Assembly (NCBI GenBank): GCA_004764695.1
Contig: SMSO01000034.1
Span: 1,860,001 to 1,924,000, forward strand
From: Schizochytrium sp. TIO01
Lineage: Eukaryota > Protista > Bigyra: Labyrinthulomycetes
Direction: 5' to 3'
DNA: 64,000 nt
Under the pieces are notes generated by a model that saw nothing but the letters and a program-made list of their open reading frames with translations, was not told the DNA's origin and ran no database searches. Shown here piece after piece: positions 37,687 to 51,127 of this stretch. The position numbers and the translations under genes are program-made. Position 1 is the stretch's first letter, and each line of letters opens with the position of its first letter.

Positions 37687-38441
37687 ATGTCGAAGCAGGT
37701 GGACTTGACCAGCTATGTGAGCAAAACGGGCTCGTACGCGTTGAACGTAGACAGTGCATTTCCGATGGACAACCTTTACAACTCAGATGAGCGCTCTGAG
37801 TTGCGAAGTGATGCGGACGACCAACTTATTGTGCACTTCGCCTTCAGTGAAAAGGTCAAGCTCACGTCTATGAACATTGTTGCTCCTAAAAACGAAATGC
37901 GACCTTCGCATATCAAGGTAGGTTTTTTGAAAGATATTCTCCCTCACCTGAATTTGGTAAATATTCCTTCATGGATCAGTTGAATATGATTTATACGAGA
38001 GGTCAGACAGTCGACCAAGCTTCACGCTCTGTTCTCGTCACGAAGTAAATATTGAAAGACTAACAAGCCACAACAAAACCTTAAACCACGTTTTTGCCGG
38101 ATTACCGGAACTTCTTTAATCTGCTACACGGTACCTCCCCTTTATTGATACTCTACGTTTTATTGTTGAATTCACAGCTCTTTACAAACCAAGTGAGCGT
38201 CGGTTTTGAGGATATCGACAGCATTCCAGCGGCTTTGGAGATGGACCTTGAGGATGAGGATGTTGCTGAGGGCAAGATCATCCCGTTGCGTGTTGTCAAA
38301 TTCAACAAGCTTGACAGTGTGACCCTCTTTGTGGAATCAAGTGAGGGGGGTGATATTGCTGCCCTTTCGTCTGTGAAATTCTTTGGTGAGGCTGTTCAAG
38401 GCACAAACATGAGCGAGTTGAAAAAGGTTGGCGCTGAGTAA
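37687..38441 (+). CDS. PITH-domain protein; exons 37687-37917 and 38178-38441
   Basis: LRSDADDQLIVHF.FSEKVKL.S..I and P..IK|LF.N, then IPLRVVKF....SVTLFVESSEG......SS.KFFG. GT..AG phase-0 intron 37918-38177; 164 aa. Confidence 0.88.
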
Positions 38442-38861
38442 AGTATTTACCTTCTCTACCAGCACGAATAGCGAAATTTGAATTGAATCGAAGAGAAAGT
38501 GTGTGGGGCTCATGTTTAGCTCTTAGCCTACACAAGGCCGGTATTTAGGTCTCATTGTCTACAGATAACAAACAAAGAAGGGAAGATTTTGGGTTTCTTA
38601 ATATCTCTTGTATTTTAAATTGATTTTCCTGTCTTCACATTGCACCTATGCTGCGTCATGAAGCAAGCTTAGCATTAAAGTACAAGTTTTCATTACAGAT
38701 GAATGAACGTGCTGACAGGCCTTAATTCACCATTTGTTATTTGCAACAGTATGTTTTAGGTAATTTTGAGCCAGGATCTCGCAGTGGCCTGAGTGAAGAA
38801 TGAAGAAGTAAGTTCGTTGCATCTATACACCGACATAAGTTTTGCTTTGGAGAACGATTTG

Positions 38862-39290
38862 TTAGAATCCCCACTTGGTCGCTATCGTGCGCACACGGGA
38901 GTCAAACACTTTCGAATCAATTGGCTGATCTTGCTCGTAGAATGGGTTAAGGACAATTTTAGTATAGAGATCATTAACTTCCTCAAAAAAGCTACGCACA
39001 TGTTCTTCGAGGCGACTTCGACGCCCACTGTCCTCTGCAATGCTCTGATGCAAGAAGAGAAGTTTCCCCCCATTGGCAGCAACCCAGGCGTGCACCTGGA
39101 GTTCATTAAATTCGTCGACAACACGGAGGTACATCCCATTCGTTTGCCACATGCGCTCTTCTACCATATCCAGAGCTGAGTGCATGACAAACTGATGTAC
39201 ATGCGCTTGATCTTGTTGATTAGCACCTGCGGCCAGCCTACACTCGTACACGAGTTCTTTATTGCCCACGATGACAAAGGAGAGGGCCAT
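38862..39290 (-). CDS. TRAPPC2: TRAPP complex subunit 2 (sedlin/Trs20)
   Basis: FVIVG....YE, HQFVMHSALDMVEE.MW....MYL.VVD.FN...V.A.V.A...K.LFLH, FF.EV..LY.K..LNPFY......S..FD.RV signature. Confidence 0.92.
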   Translation of the reverse strand: MALSFVIVGNKELVYECRLAAGANQQDQAHVHQFVMHSALDMVEERMWQTNGMYLRVVDEFNELQVHAWVAANGGKLLFLHQSIAEDSGRRSRLEEHVRSFFEEVNDLYTKIVLNPFYEQDQPIDSKVFDSRVRTIATKWGF

Positions 39291-39619
39291 CTTGGTGCGA
39301 GTAGTATCCGTACTCGAGATTATTTTACTTATGAAGTCCTAAAGACGTCTTTCAGCGCTCGCGAAGATGCGCCAGTCTGCTCCTCTTGCAGCTTCAGTCC
39401 TGTGCTGCCGTAAAGGGCCACTCACACGATGCTTGTTCGTCAACGTTTGCTGACGACGATATTGATTGATTAAAACAGCTGTCTATTCTTTCTTTATTTA
39501 TTTAATTTCGATTCTATAAACTTTAATGTATTCTATGATAAGCCTATTTTAAAAAACAAAAAAAAGACTATGGCAGCTATCACAGTTTAATTTCGTGTTG
39601 CTTTGTGCGATTGATAGAG

Positions 39620-41650
39620 CGCATGGTGCATGGCGATTGGCACTTCATTTCAAGATCAGAGATATTTTGTAGTCAATGAGAACGGTGCCGGGGAAGTTGA
39701 GGTTTCGCATGCCTTGAAAAGTTGACTCAAAGTGCCAGGAAACCAGCACAGAAGGTGCTATCCTATTTGTCTCAAGGGCTTGGCAAAGTTTTAGCAGCAG
39801 CGAGGCTTTAGAACAGGTCTTTAGTTGCAAATTGCATGCCTCAAAACAGCCGTGAACACATAAACATTTAATTAAAAAAAACTATGTTGATTAGCTTTAG
39901 AATATGAATGTTGCTTGTTGATTTTTTGTTTTGCACGCACGCTTGAGCACCCCGTCATCAAATACCGACCCTCTTTGATTCCGGGAATTTCTCCTTACGA
40001 GTCTTCGCAAATCTTGTCAATCTAGTCCCTTCGGCTTTGGCTTCATGTTATTCTTGCCTGGATGAATCTCACCTGGAAATATTGTCCTGTTCATTTGGTG
40101 GGAGCATTAGATTTAACCATATCAGCTTCAGATAACAATAAGACACAGGAATTAGAATGCTTAGATGATTCCATTAGAGATGAGATTCTTGTCTGGATGT
40201 CTGTCACTCTAGGGTATGAGTAACGCTTACCACACTTAGCTTTGAGTTTTTCAAGCATATTAGAAGACGCTGCCTTGTCTGATGAATTGACCAGGTCTTC
40301 GTTGAAGAGCTCTCTAATGACGTTCTCATACATTGAAACACAATGCTCACCATAAAATTTACCCTTGGTAGGTCTTCTCACCCAACCCTGAGCACGCGAT
40401 TTCACGGTTGTAGTTGGGCAAGCTTGTACTCAGTTAACCACTACGGATGGTATTAGGAGAATTTAGCCTAGGATTACCAACTCTGGTTGAAAATGGTAGT
40501 AAATCAGAGCCTCCCCTGGACACAGAACCTTTGTTTCGTGAGGTCTGCGGTTCAAATCTGTGCCTAGGGCCCGCAACATCCTTGATGTTTGATGTTTCAA
40601 CTATCTTAACACCGCTAAGGTGATTTTACCATTTGAGGTATACTCTGAATATTAGTCAGTTTTTGCTTGGAACATCAAATACTGACAAAGTAGTATTTGC
40701 ATCATCAGAAAAATCAGTATATTTACCAATTCCGTTGCTATCAATAGACCTTGCATCAAAGCTACACTCGGAGTAGTCCAATTCACCATCATAAACAGCT
40801 ATTGAGCCAAGCGAACCTTGCTGAAGTGAGTTAAATTGAGTGCCAGGAGGAGCTCCACTATCAATTGACTCATCCATTGCACTTTCTGACCAATATCACT
40901 AAAAGTTTCGTCAAAACTCAGAAAACTCGCAAATTCGGTGAAATTCACATGAATAATACAGTTAGTTATCCTCCCTTTCTTGACGTCCGCAGCAAAAAGT
41001 ATAATAAATAGTAAGGGAATACCAGTTTTTTAATAGAGTTGCACCAAAATCGCAAGCTTTTGACCATCTTGTTCAGCCTTAACATATCCTGAGTTGTGGA
41101 AGTCGCTAGAGTTTTAGTGAACTCAAATAAAGAATCATTACAGCATTTCATAACTCCTCCGTCACATCTACAGTACGCTGAAGAGTACATTCTGACTTAG
41201 AAAGGGTTTTGTAAGTCATGGCGAGCAAACTGTGCACTCCAGTTTGGGATACAGTCTTTCATGCCAGAGCACGTGCAAGTCCTGCAGGTGACGTGACATT
41301 TTTTCATATAGGACTCATTTAAAAAATTGCAGTCGCGAAGTGTGCTCCAAAGCCCGACTACCCACCTGTGTCTTAGAAAGAACACATTCGCTTGATTTCG
41401 ACTGGTGAACGCGTATTGAGGATTGCAATGAAGACATGTATGCTTTATGAACGATTGCAATCGAAAGGAGTTCCGGATATTTTGAATAGTTTCGATCAGG
41501 CGGTCTTCAAGGAAGAGCTCGTGCTCCCTTTGCTTTAAAGACTTTTGCAAGCCTCGTCATTTACATTCTCCTTAATCCTCTCGGACGCTCTATGAGAAGC
41601 ATGTGGAGGACAGTGTGTATGCCCAGGAGCAATACGTCATGTCAATTCAA
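39620..41650 (-). pseudogene. Decayed coding remnant, possibly transposon-derived
   Basis: A chain of same-strand ORF fragments broken by stops/frameshifts. They include a Cys-rich piece (CHVTCRTCTCSG, CRCDGG..CC) and GWVRRP.KGK.YG...I.ELF......S.K....MLEKL......YP...DIQ.RISSL, a segment I recall from repeat-associated hypothetical proteins. Boundaries approximate. Confidence 0.35.
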
Positions 41651-42702
41651 ACAGTAGCTGTGACATTAACTGCAATGATGATGGTTACAACATGCTAGGC
41701 TAGAATATGAAATAAATGTAACTTCGCTGTTACTAATTAATCAGACTAGTTTTCAATACTTTCTACTTGAACAGGGTACACCAACAATAAAGCGTTGTGA
41801 ACTACATCTGTTTTACTTGACCGGAGTGAAATTAGTGTCACTCAATGAAATGGCTACGATGTAGAACATTTATTCTTCGAGCCTTCTGCTGTTGCAGCTT
41901 TGGACAAGGGCGTACTTTCATACTTGAGAAATCAAAGGCTTTCCTATCGTTTCAAATGACTTTGCATGTATGCTTGATTAGTAATGTAAGTGTTAAATGC
42001 TCCATGAGAATCTTTGTGCAAAATCCCCAAACCGGCGAATTCCCGAGTAGTAGTAATATCTAATTCTATGAAGGAGTCAGGAGACATCGCTCATTGGAAC
42101 ATGTTGTAGAAAAATGAACTTAGGGGTGTATACGTTTGGTGTCGTTCGTATGAGGGTCGTCGCCGAGCTACCGGGTAGTACTAGCTAGAGAAGCCTAGGT
42201 CGTAACCCTAATTCATCGCCGCATGGCCCCTTTGCGATCCTGGTAGGAAGGTCTTCTTGTAGAGTGGTACCCTAAGTTGAAAATCAGACTTTCCAAGTTT
42301 TCATAATAAGAGCTAGTTAGTTAGTGAGTAGGTAGGTACCTTCTTCACATAACGTACTGTACCAGCTCGAGTTTTTTTGTTTTAACACCTCTAACTAATG
42401 GGAGGGTGGTTTTAATTAAGGATAATTACGATATGGCCTACCATAGTAGCAGGTAGGTAGGTAGGTAGGTAGGTAGGTAGTAGATAGGTATCCCTAGGTA
42501 CCTACTACCGAAAAGAATCATTGATAAGAACAGTGACCCAGATTATTCCCCGCGAATGATCAAAAGCGAGAGGGCTCATACTGCCGAGGTGCGAAGAACC
42601 AAAACCCAAACCCTTCCCCTTCCTGTTTCCCCTTCTTGAACACCCTCATAAGACCAGAGTCATTTGAGCGAAGCAGCGCAGTAGACAAAGCTAGCGTTGA
42701 GA

Positions 42703-44364
42703 ATGGACTCAGACAGTAGCTCGAACGAGAGCACTGGAACTCAGTTCGGCAGCTCAACCCCGTATGCTGAGCCCGCCTGGTATAACTCCAAAAACGAAAG
42801 CGCCTACTACAATGAACATCATGTTGCATTTCGTGCCAGGATGCGCAAGTTTGTGGATGAGGAAGTCATCCCTAATGTCGATGAATGGGAAGCAAATGGA
42901 ATTCCTCGCGAGGCATACAAAAAGGCTGCCGAAGTTGGGCTTCTGCCTTGTATCTTAGGATGGCCCGAGGATTGTGTTAGTCAGCCTCGGCCTGAGGGCA
43001 TGGATGGTTTAATGCTTGTTATCGCAATGGATGAACTTTGCCGGTGCGCCAGTGGAGGTGTGGTTTGGGGCCTCATTGGTGCGGCAGGAATTGGACTCCC
43101 CCCATTGGTTCACTACGCATCGGACGAGATTAAACAACGTGTAGTCAAGCCAGTTCTAGACGGGGATAAGCATGCTGCTCTTGCCGTATCAGAAGCAGGT
43201 GCAGGCTCTGATGTAGCTAATCTCTCCACAACTGCTGAAGAAGATGGTGAGTTCTATGTCATCAATGGTCTGAAAAAGTGGATCACTGGAGGCCTGTTTG
43301 CGGACTACTTTACTGTTGCTGCACGCACAGGTGGAGAAGGCTCGGGTATGTTTGGTATCAGCCTCATTTTGGTTGAAAAGGACCGCCCGGGTGTATCTGT
43401 ACGGCCCATGGATTGCATGGGAGTGAAAGGATCCGGCACTGCATTCGTGGAATTCGATGACGTGCGAGTACCAACATCCAACTATATTGCCGACGTTACT
43501 GCTTTAATTCGCAACTTTACAACGGAACGTCTAGGTATTGCTATTCAAGCAAACCGGTTTGCGCGAGAGTGTTTGCGTATGTCGATTGAGTGGACACGCC
43601 GCCGCCAAGCTTTTGGCAAGCCACTCATTGAAAATGCTGTTGTACGGAATAAACTTGCGGAAATGGCTCGCCAAATTGAAGCAACCCATGCGTACATTGA
43701 GTCAGTAGCGTATCGCATTGTGGCACAGGAGCGCCGGGGTGATGATTGGTTTCAAAGCCTTCTTAGTCTGAGTCCGGATGCGGCCATGGTCAAAGTTCAG
43801 GCCACAAAAACCTACGCACATTGTGCTTCACGTAAGTTTGTGTTTTGTATGCGACGTCCACGGTTGTTTTGAGCTCGCTGCTTTCTTCTCGTTTGGTTTG
43901 AATTAATCTGTATAGGGAAAAGAACTGACGGAATCCGTGTACAACAACATTTTGGGTGTCACAGAGGCTGCCATGTTGCATGGCGGCAACAGCTATGTTC
44001 GGGTAAGTTCAAAACGCAGACATGGCTTGTCTAGGTACGGAATCTAACAGAAAGAGGTCAGAGATTTGACTCGGGGAATTGTTTTTCAATGTATGAATGC
44101 CCATTAAAATTAAAAGGGAGGGCAACATGGACGAGTAGAAAGCCTTTATCGCGATGTTCTTTCGCTAGCGATCCCGTACGTTTATTGCCTGTATTGAATC
44201 TTCCATTGACTATGACTGTATTCACAGACTAACTCGAACACCTCATTTTATCTCGACTTTTTTTTTTTTCGAGGGGGGGGGGGATGATGCTTAGAGGCGG
44301 GGCTGAAGATGTAATGATTGACTACGCTGGTCGACTTGGTATCGCAAAAAAATCACCTCTTTGA
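42703..44364 (+). CDS. Acyl-CoA dehydrogenase; exons 42703-43831, 43965-44002, 44117-44175, 44295-44364
   Basis: Motifs ALAVSEAGAGSDVA, NGLKKWITGG, TAFVEFDDVRVP, ERL.IA and RQAFGKPL. Manual splicing through three GT..AG introns restores the C-terminus CASQAAMLHGGNSYVRGGQHGRVESLYRDVLSLAIPGGAEDVMIDYAGRLGIAKKSPL*. Confidence 0.92.
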
Positions 44365-45294
44365 GAACGGAGTGGACCTAACATCGCGGGTCGACTTAGT
44401 TTTGCCATAATTCTTTTCTTTCTTTCTTTTGAAGATCCCGGTTTGCAATCCTATTGGTGCTAAACTATCTTTAAATTTTACCTTCAGAATTTTCTTTTGT
44501 CTTCAGTGTTGACCTCTTCATATGCTTATGGGAAGGTGAAGTTGCCTTGAATTTGAAGTATAAATTATAGAGTTTATATTTCCTTCCTCTTCACAAACAT
44601 TCTATGATATCCCATTCCCCCAGATCAACCGTGTATATGTACATATACATATATAATTGAAATAAATTGACTGAGTGAGTGTCTTGTAATACATTCACCT
44701 CATTGTTAAAAATCAGGCTAATGAGCGTTTTTACTTGTTATGGTTTATAGAGTCTGGATACTTCAAAATACTGAAATGTCTTCATGTCTTGTAGTCCTTT
44801 GCCCTTTTCCTTCATGAAAACACATAGTAATATAATCAAGGAACTATTCTCTCCAACACTATACGGTAAACCCTCGTTGTGTAATAGTGTAATCGTCTGA
44901 TACCTCTGTAGTTTAAAACAATGGGGGATGTCACGGTTTTGTATTCATATTTTTCCATGGCCTTAATTTGTTCGCTATTGCTGCAATCGATTGCAATGTT
45001 TGTTTTCTGTAGCGTAGACTATTGATTCAGTTTTGACTGAATTTTTCCTTTCATGGAGGTGATTGCAAGTTAGCGTGAGGCGATCACTAAGAGATAGCGT
45101 AGGTGGAGAGATGAAGGAAAAGAATAGTTAGCATTAACATTTAGGAACTACTGACAAGGTCCATTGTCCAGGTCTAGGGTTTGGGCTTGTGTACATTCTA
45201 CTTGTGTGTTCTCATAAATACATAGCTATGTACACACTTAGCTGTTATACTTCTATAGAGGTATTAAATCTACCTTTCATTAGTTTCTTGTAAT

Positions 45295-46104
45295 TCAACT
45301 CATTACCGAGGTGTTCTCACTAGGCTTTGATTGTGAGGTAGGATTCACTCGAATCGTTGTTTGCTGAGATCGAGCATTTTTCTTACCACCTTTGGAGTAT
45401 GCTAGAAACAAGCAAAGCATCTGCACCTGCATATCGAGGTCACCCATATACTTTGCCATATCAGGATCCAACTTAATTTGTATAATAATAGCAAATGTAA
45501 AGCACAATGGGATAGCTGTGATGCGAAGAATTCGTTTGAAAGCTAAATGTGCTTCTGAGCTGCTTGCGGTACTGGTCCCACGCAAATGCTTTCCATAGAA
45601 ATACAGCATCATAGAAAATGTTAAAAAATCAGCGATACTAAACATCACCTCGTCGAGCGATACCCAAAAACCTGTTCCAAAGTCCGGTACACAGTACATG
45701 TCAGCCACAAGGCTGCTTTGGTACAAAATAAATGCCTTGCCAACATTAAGGAAAAATGCTATGAGCAAATATCCTTTTAAGGCATTGATGATGTGCCGGA
45801 ACTTCCTGGACATCATTGGCCCACGAAGCAAAAGATCAGCTCTCATGCAATACAAATACCCTGTGAGAACTTTGCTCGAATAGTATGATCCTGCCAGGAT
45901 TTTGATTGCGGCTGGACAAATCTCTTTCATAAAAATTAATGTCAGCAACATGATAAAGTTTAGAACCGGCAGCATCACAATAACAATAGCCAGCCGCTTT
46001 CGTATCCAGTCTTTGCTTACACCAGCTACAGTTGCCGCGACATCTCCGCTCATGGCAAATGCCACGACAAGACCCATGATTCGTATCCACATTTGGATAT
46101 CCAT
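45295..46104 (-). CDS. Uncharacterised multi-pass membrane protein (about 6-7 hydrophobic segments, GPCR-like layout)
   Basis: 269-aa intronless ORF with alternating hydrophobic helices, Cys in predicted loops and a Ser/Thr-rich C-tail. No family recognised. Confidence 0.55.
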   Translation of the reverse strand: MDIQMWIRIMGLVVAFAMSGDVAATVAGVSKDWIRKRLAIVIVMLPVLNFIMLLTLIFMKEICPAAIKILAGSYYSSKVLTGYLYCMRADLLLRGPMMSRKFRHIINALKGYLLIAFFLNVGKAFILYQSSLVADMYCVPDFGTGFWVSLDEVMFSIADFLTFSMMLYFYGKHLRGTSTASSSEAHLAFKRILRITAIPLCFTFAIIIQIKLDPDMAKYMGDLDMQVQMLCLFLAYSKGGKKNARSQQTTIRVNPTSQSKPSENTSVMS

Positions 46105-48380
46105 TGTTCCTCTGCGAGAAATAAGCCCTCAAGAAGTTGTTAGTGCGATATATTCTTGCTCTCTAGAAACTCGGGGGAGAGGGTGCAAGTTCGTATGAAG
46201 TGCTCTTCTAGATGCTGAAAGCATCAGTGTTAGGGTTTTGATGCCAGATACGTTTTTCATTAAAAATAAGTAATACTATGTAAAATTACATACCATCCGT
46301 TTACAATTAAAGTGGGTGCGGAAACATTGGAATATTATAATCTCAAGTCTCAACGATTACTACAACAAAATTATATCAACAGAATAATCGTCCAACGTCT
46401 CGGGTTGACACACGCAGCTCGTAAGAGGTGATGAAATAATCAATAAGAGGCAAAAAAACTACTATGAAGTTCAAACGCCAGCTTCAAACACTGTTTCTTT
46501 TAATTTATATAACGATTATAGAATCCTGTGTTGCACACATCTTTTCGCTAGGGCGCAGATACTTTTTGGTGGCGTCTTTAGTACATTAGATATACTGTTT
46601 TTCATCTTTGGCCAAAATATATAACTAACGCATTGCAGGGAAGTCGAGAGCTACGCGAGCAAATTGTGCGCTTTTAATTCAACTTATTAAAAAATGAAAC
46701 GGACCTGGAGAATCTTCGTTGACGAACAGTGATAAGAATCCTTACCAATATGTTTTACTTTAACGTTACGTGTTGAATATTATCATTGACTCGTCTTTTG
46801 TGGTAATAAATAACAAAGAAACCATGACGTATCCGAGTGAGTTTCTTTATGTCATGGCTTGCCCCAACAAGCTTTATCGCCCAGGCTATCGGAATCCACC
46901 GAACACTATTCGCCTTGAGTTTTCAAAAGTGTTGTTCTTTAACCAGCATTATAAAGTTGGCACCATCTATCTAGGAGTGCTAACTGGCTAGATTTCTTAC
47001 TTATTTAAATTTTTAAAAAAAGAAGAAAAAAAGAAAAGAAAAAAAGATCAGGTAACTAAGGTTAACACATATTTTATTATGGTGTGTAAACCTGCTTATG
47101 CTTTCTTTCAAATGAAAACCCTACAATCTTCCATAAAGAATTGAAGAGAAAAAGAGAAACTACTCCAGAGAAACGAGAGAAGCGGCCCTCGAAGGTTCCA
47201 AGAGAGGAGGTACAGGGTGCTTGAGTGGTAATGAAGGTAAAACTAGCACGAGCAACACGTTTAACTTATATATAAGTTAAACACATATATAAGTTAAATA
47301 TAATGTGTAGGACAGTTGACCCGACATTTTTTTTAATTTAACAAAATGTTGACTAACTCGTGAAAGAACACGGCCAGGTCACTCGCTTTATCGGCAATGT
47401 GTTTGGACCATATGTATATATGCCTTAAAAGGTAATTTTCGAACTGTCAAAACATCCACAAATGCTCATGAGACATATTTCAGGCCTTCTATTTCAGTTT
47501 ATTTCTGTTTTCAGCAGTGTTTACAATGGTTCGTCCTTCTTTGTGTATACGAAAGAAACATGGATTTCAAAGTTAATCAGCATCAGGTAGTACAAAAGGG
47601 AAGCTTGTTTGGCTCATGGCACCTGAAACATCACCACTTTGTTTCCCAACTGTTCAGAACTAGGACCATCAAGAGAAGCTTCATTCAACGGACATTGTAC
47701 AAAATGTTAAATATAACGGTAAAAAAATACCAGTAACCCAAAGTCGAACTAAATACATGCGGAAGGGGAGCAAAGATAGTTCATACAATCACTATATAGT
47801 TCTATTAGTAGCTACCTGGCTCAGACTATGAGCTTAATTTAGAATTTTTGGAAGAAAACAAGAAACATCCAAAGTTTGAGTGACTTTAAAACTTGGAGCT
47901 AGTTTGCATGGTGATAAGCACTACACAAGAGCGATTGATCATTAAGAGAACTTGAAGGCAATTAGTTAAGGTAGAAACAATCATATACGCAAAGTAGCTA
48001 CACGTAGCGAGAGGTTATTTCCAATGCAACCGTCTCCTCAAAGGATAAAATTGAGGAAAGGGAAAGAGATCCCTGGGGTTCCCCAGCAGAAACGCTTCAA
48101 ATAGGTTATTTCACATTTAGTAGCCTGCCATTCTGAGGAAGTAACTTGAATACCAAACATATGAATCGAGTGGACTCCACACCGGCCGTGAGAAGCATTT
48201 CTTTCGTTTTTTTGATTCAAAATGACAATATTGAAGCTACTGAATAATTAAACGGCGGTGTACCGTTACAGGTTTCAACGTTTGCAATGCCTTGATGTCA
48301 TCATTTTCTTCTGTTGGATGAGGTTTGACAAAATCTAGCAAATTTCATGAATTATTCAATTAGCACGAAAATTTTATTGG

Positions 48381-48596
48381 TGTTGTAGAGTAGTTTGTGC
48401 TGTGAATCGTGCAGAGGTAATTTGACAAGGACGGCGAACTCAGGAGAAAGAGAAAGAGGATGATATTTGAGTTGTTGGGGTTTCGGGTCAGGATAAAGGC
48501 AGGATGAACGTATTATGCCAATCCAATAAACAGGAGGTGTCGCATAGGAGAGCTAGGTTAGGTGAGGTTAGGTAGTAGCTGTATATTACTTCAACA
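48381..48596 (-). mobile_element. Solo LTR related to the copia element at 62.8-64 kb (family B)
   Basis: 216 bp, TGTTG...CAACA termini. Shares gacaagga.g.cgaactcaggagaaagagaaagaggatgatat and agtagctgtatattacttcaa with 62758-62984. No clear TSD (attgg/agtac). Confidence 0.8.
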
Positions 48597-49122
48597 AGTA
48601 CATAATTGGCTAGTTTTCTTCATTTGTTCCTCGCAAATCACACATGGGAATATACAGTTATCGAGAACATATGACAGACAACCACAATTAAGGAGTTTAA
48701 CAGTATCAAAAGAGCCTTTGGAGTGAGAACACCTATTTATAACATCCATTTGAAGATTACAAAATTTATACACAACCACATTTCGCTACCTACTACGGTA
48801 GTTGTTCTCAAGAGACTGCCTAGCCTATCATTAAACGTTCAGATACGAATAAAATGGGAGCTTCAAAAACGTCATGCGTGAATCTCACTCTCATATGTTC
48901 TTATATACTCGCTCTGTTTCCTCAAGGATAAGTTTAATTGTCAGGTATCTAGTTCTATTGGCAATGTAGCCTGAGGGAACAGTTGCCCAAAAGTGCTAGG
49001 AAGAAATAGCCTGCAATAGTTCTAACTAGGCAGGTAGGCACTAGGTACTTCATGAAACTTGAAAGAGGGAGAGGTATAATGAGTTTATGTTTTGTTGTGA
49101 GTATTTACCCAAGCCAGAAGAG

Positions 49123-49544
49123 TGCTGAAAGACGAACCTGGTCAGCTAGAGGTCGGCTATGAAGATGAAGGCAAGAAGCCAGATCAAGGCTCTAAGGTGA
49201 CTTTAGAAAGCATGATAATCTGTGGATCGTGAGCTAGAGATCTGCTGTCCTTGGAAGTAGACTGCTTTATGTTGTATTTAGGAGACTAAGACATACTTGA
49301 ACAACGTGGGACACGATTGATGGGGCTAGGTTAACTTGTCTCTTTAACTATCAATTCAGGATATGTCACCATCGGTTCTAGGAAAAGTCTATGCACATGT
49401 TTGGCTCTTGACTTCTAAACCAGGTAGGTCTGGTTGTCTAGTTCTATTCAATTGTAAACCTTATCTTCCTGGGATCTTACAAAGGGATGCCTAAAACTTT
49501 AGCAATGTCTTGTCAGCTGGTTCCTTCGATTGGAGACCTCAGCA
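49123..49544 (-). mobile_element. Solo LTR, family A, copy 3 (inverted)
   Basis: Reverse complement of the family A unit (tttagcaatgtcttgtc...ggagacctcagca); TG..CA ends; flanks aagag/aagat (4/5). Confidence 0.72.
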
Positions 49545-50296
49545 AAGATTTCGGCTCGTTACCTCTGACTGCCTAGCAAGAGCAAGAGCGAGGGAGAGGG
49601 AGACAAGGAGAACCTAATGCACGAGTGAATCACTATTTATTAGGGGGTAGTTTCAATGGTGCGGTCTCTAGGTAACTTAATTTGTGAAAAAAAGTGGTTT
49701 CCCAAATTGACTCTCGAATCAACTGCGAATTGACAATGAATGTGGACGAGCAGCCTTATTTATAAAGTTATAGACTAGGATAGTTGTCCGACTTTGGCTG
49801 GGCGCTAAAGACAAATCTGACATTTGAAATACCACAGAATTTGCATACTACCGTAATATCACAGCATCTACTGAGAGCTACACAAGCACACTACTTTCCA
49901 ATGATGTAGATGTCGAGGGTTCCATGTCTTTTATGATTCCATCAGCCTGAGCCGGATAACTTGGGATCAAAACAGAGTATAAACTACATATATGTGTAAT
50001 GAAAATATATGAGTTCTCATTTTTAAAGGTTACAGGAGCAGAGGTGCGAACGCTCCGATGTCTTGACAATTGCAGAATGCAACAAAAATATTTACTTGAT
50101 GTTGCATCTCGTCTACTATGTGGATGGTTGTACTTGAATCAGTCCGCTGTTGGCCGAAAAGAAGGCGTGTTCAGAGGCTGAAATCATGGAACTTTGATAT
50201 GATTGCTAGGAGGTAATTGAGAAAATCTAGGAGATAGTTAGGTTTCATTTGTATTGAGGCTTGGGTTGATGCTTGTTTTGGATAGCTTGTGGTCTT

Positions 50297-50709
50297 TGCT
50301 GAGATCTCCAATTGAAGGAACTAGTAGACAATACATTGCTAGAGTTCTTGGCGCCCCATTATGAAATTCCAGTAGACATAGGGTTTATGATAGAACAAGA
50401 TGGGCAGCCAGATTCATGTGGCGTTGCCGGAGCCAAGAACGAGAAGTGCGAATACACATTACCTACTTCCAAGCGTAACTTGAATATATGGTTGTAGAGG
50501 TTGAATTAACCTAACCCCATCGATTATCCCTAACACCTTTCAAGAACGTATTAATATCCTTAATTACTGCATGAATCCATCTTTCTTGGAATTCATTCTC
50601 CAAAAAAGCAGTTCGCGAACTCTAAAATCAACCTTCTTCAAGCCTCCATCAAGCTTCTTGACTCTATCTTTACAGTCGACCTCAAGCTAATCAGAATCAC
50701 CTTTCAGCA
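50297..50709 (+). mobile_element. Solo LTR, family A, copy 4
   Basis: TGCTGAGA...TTTCAGCA; acattgctagagttcttgg core shared with the other copies; flanks gtctt/gtctc (4/5). Confidence 0.72.
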
Positions 50710-51127
50710 GTCTCGTTGAATTGGTTTGGGTCAGTTCAGGTTGATTCAGTTATGCTCTCTGATTTGCTTTGCAAACTCCTCTCGACGCTACCTTGTTCCC
50801 TTCGTTTCCTAATATGCGAGTATCTCATGCGGTGTAACACATTAGGTATCATGCAATTGGTGTTACAAATATCAGGCATCATGTCAGTGGTACACTAAGA
50901 AGCCCTTTAAGCCTTGCAAAATTATTCCGTAATGTTGTATCTGTTTTCCTTCTCAGTACTGAGAAAATACACTTCATCTCCTAAATCCAAACAATTCCTC
51001 TGGCAGGCAACATGTACTTTTCAATGAGATTTCTTTGAAAGTAGCCTTGTTGCCTTTTGTGACGCTGTATACTGAATATGCTTTAATAGACATGCTGGTG
51101 AGCTTGGGCCCCTTCAAAATGTAGGTT

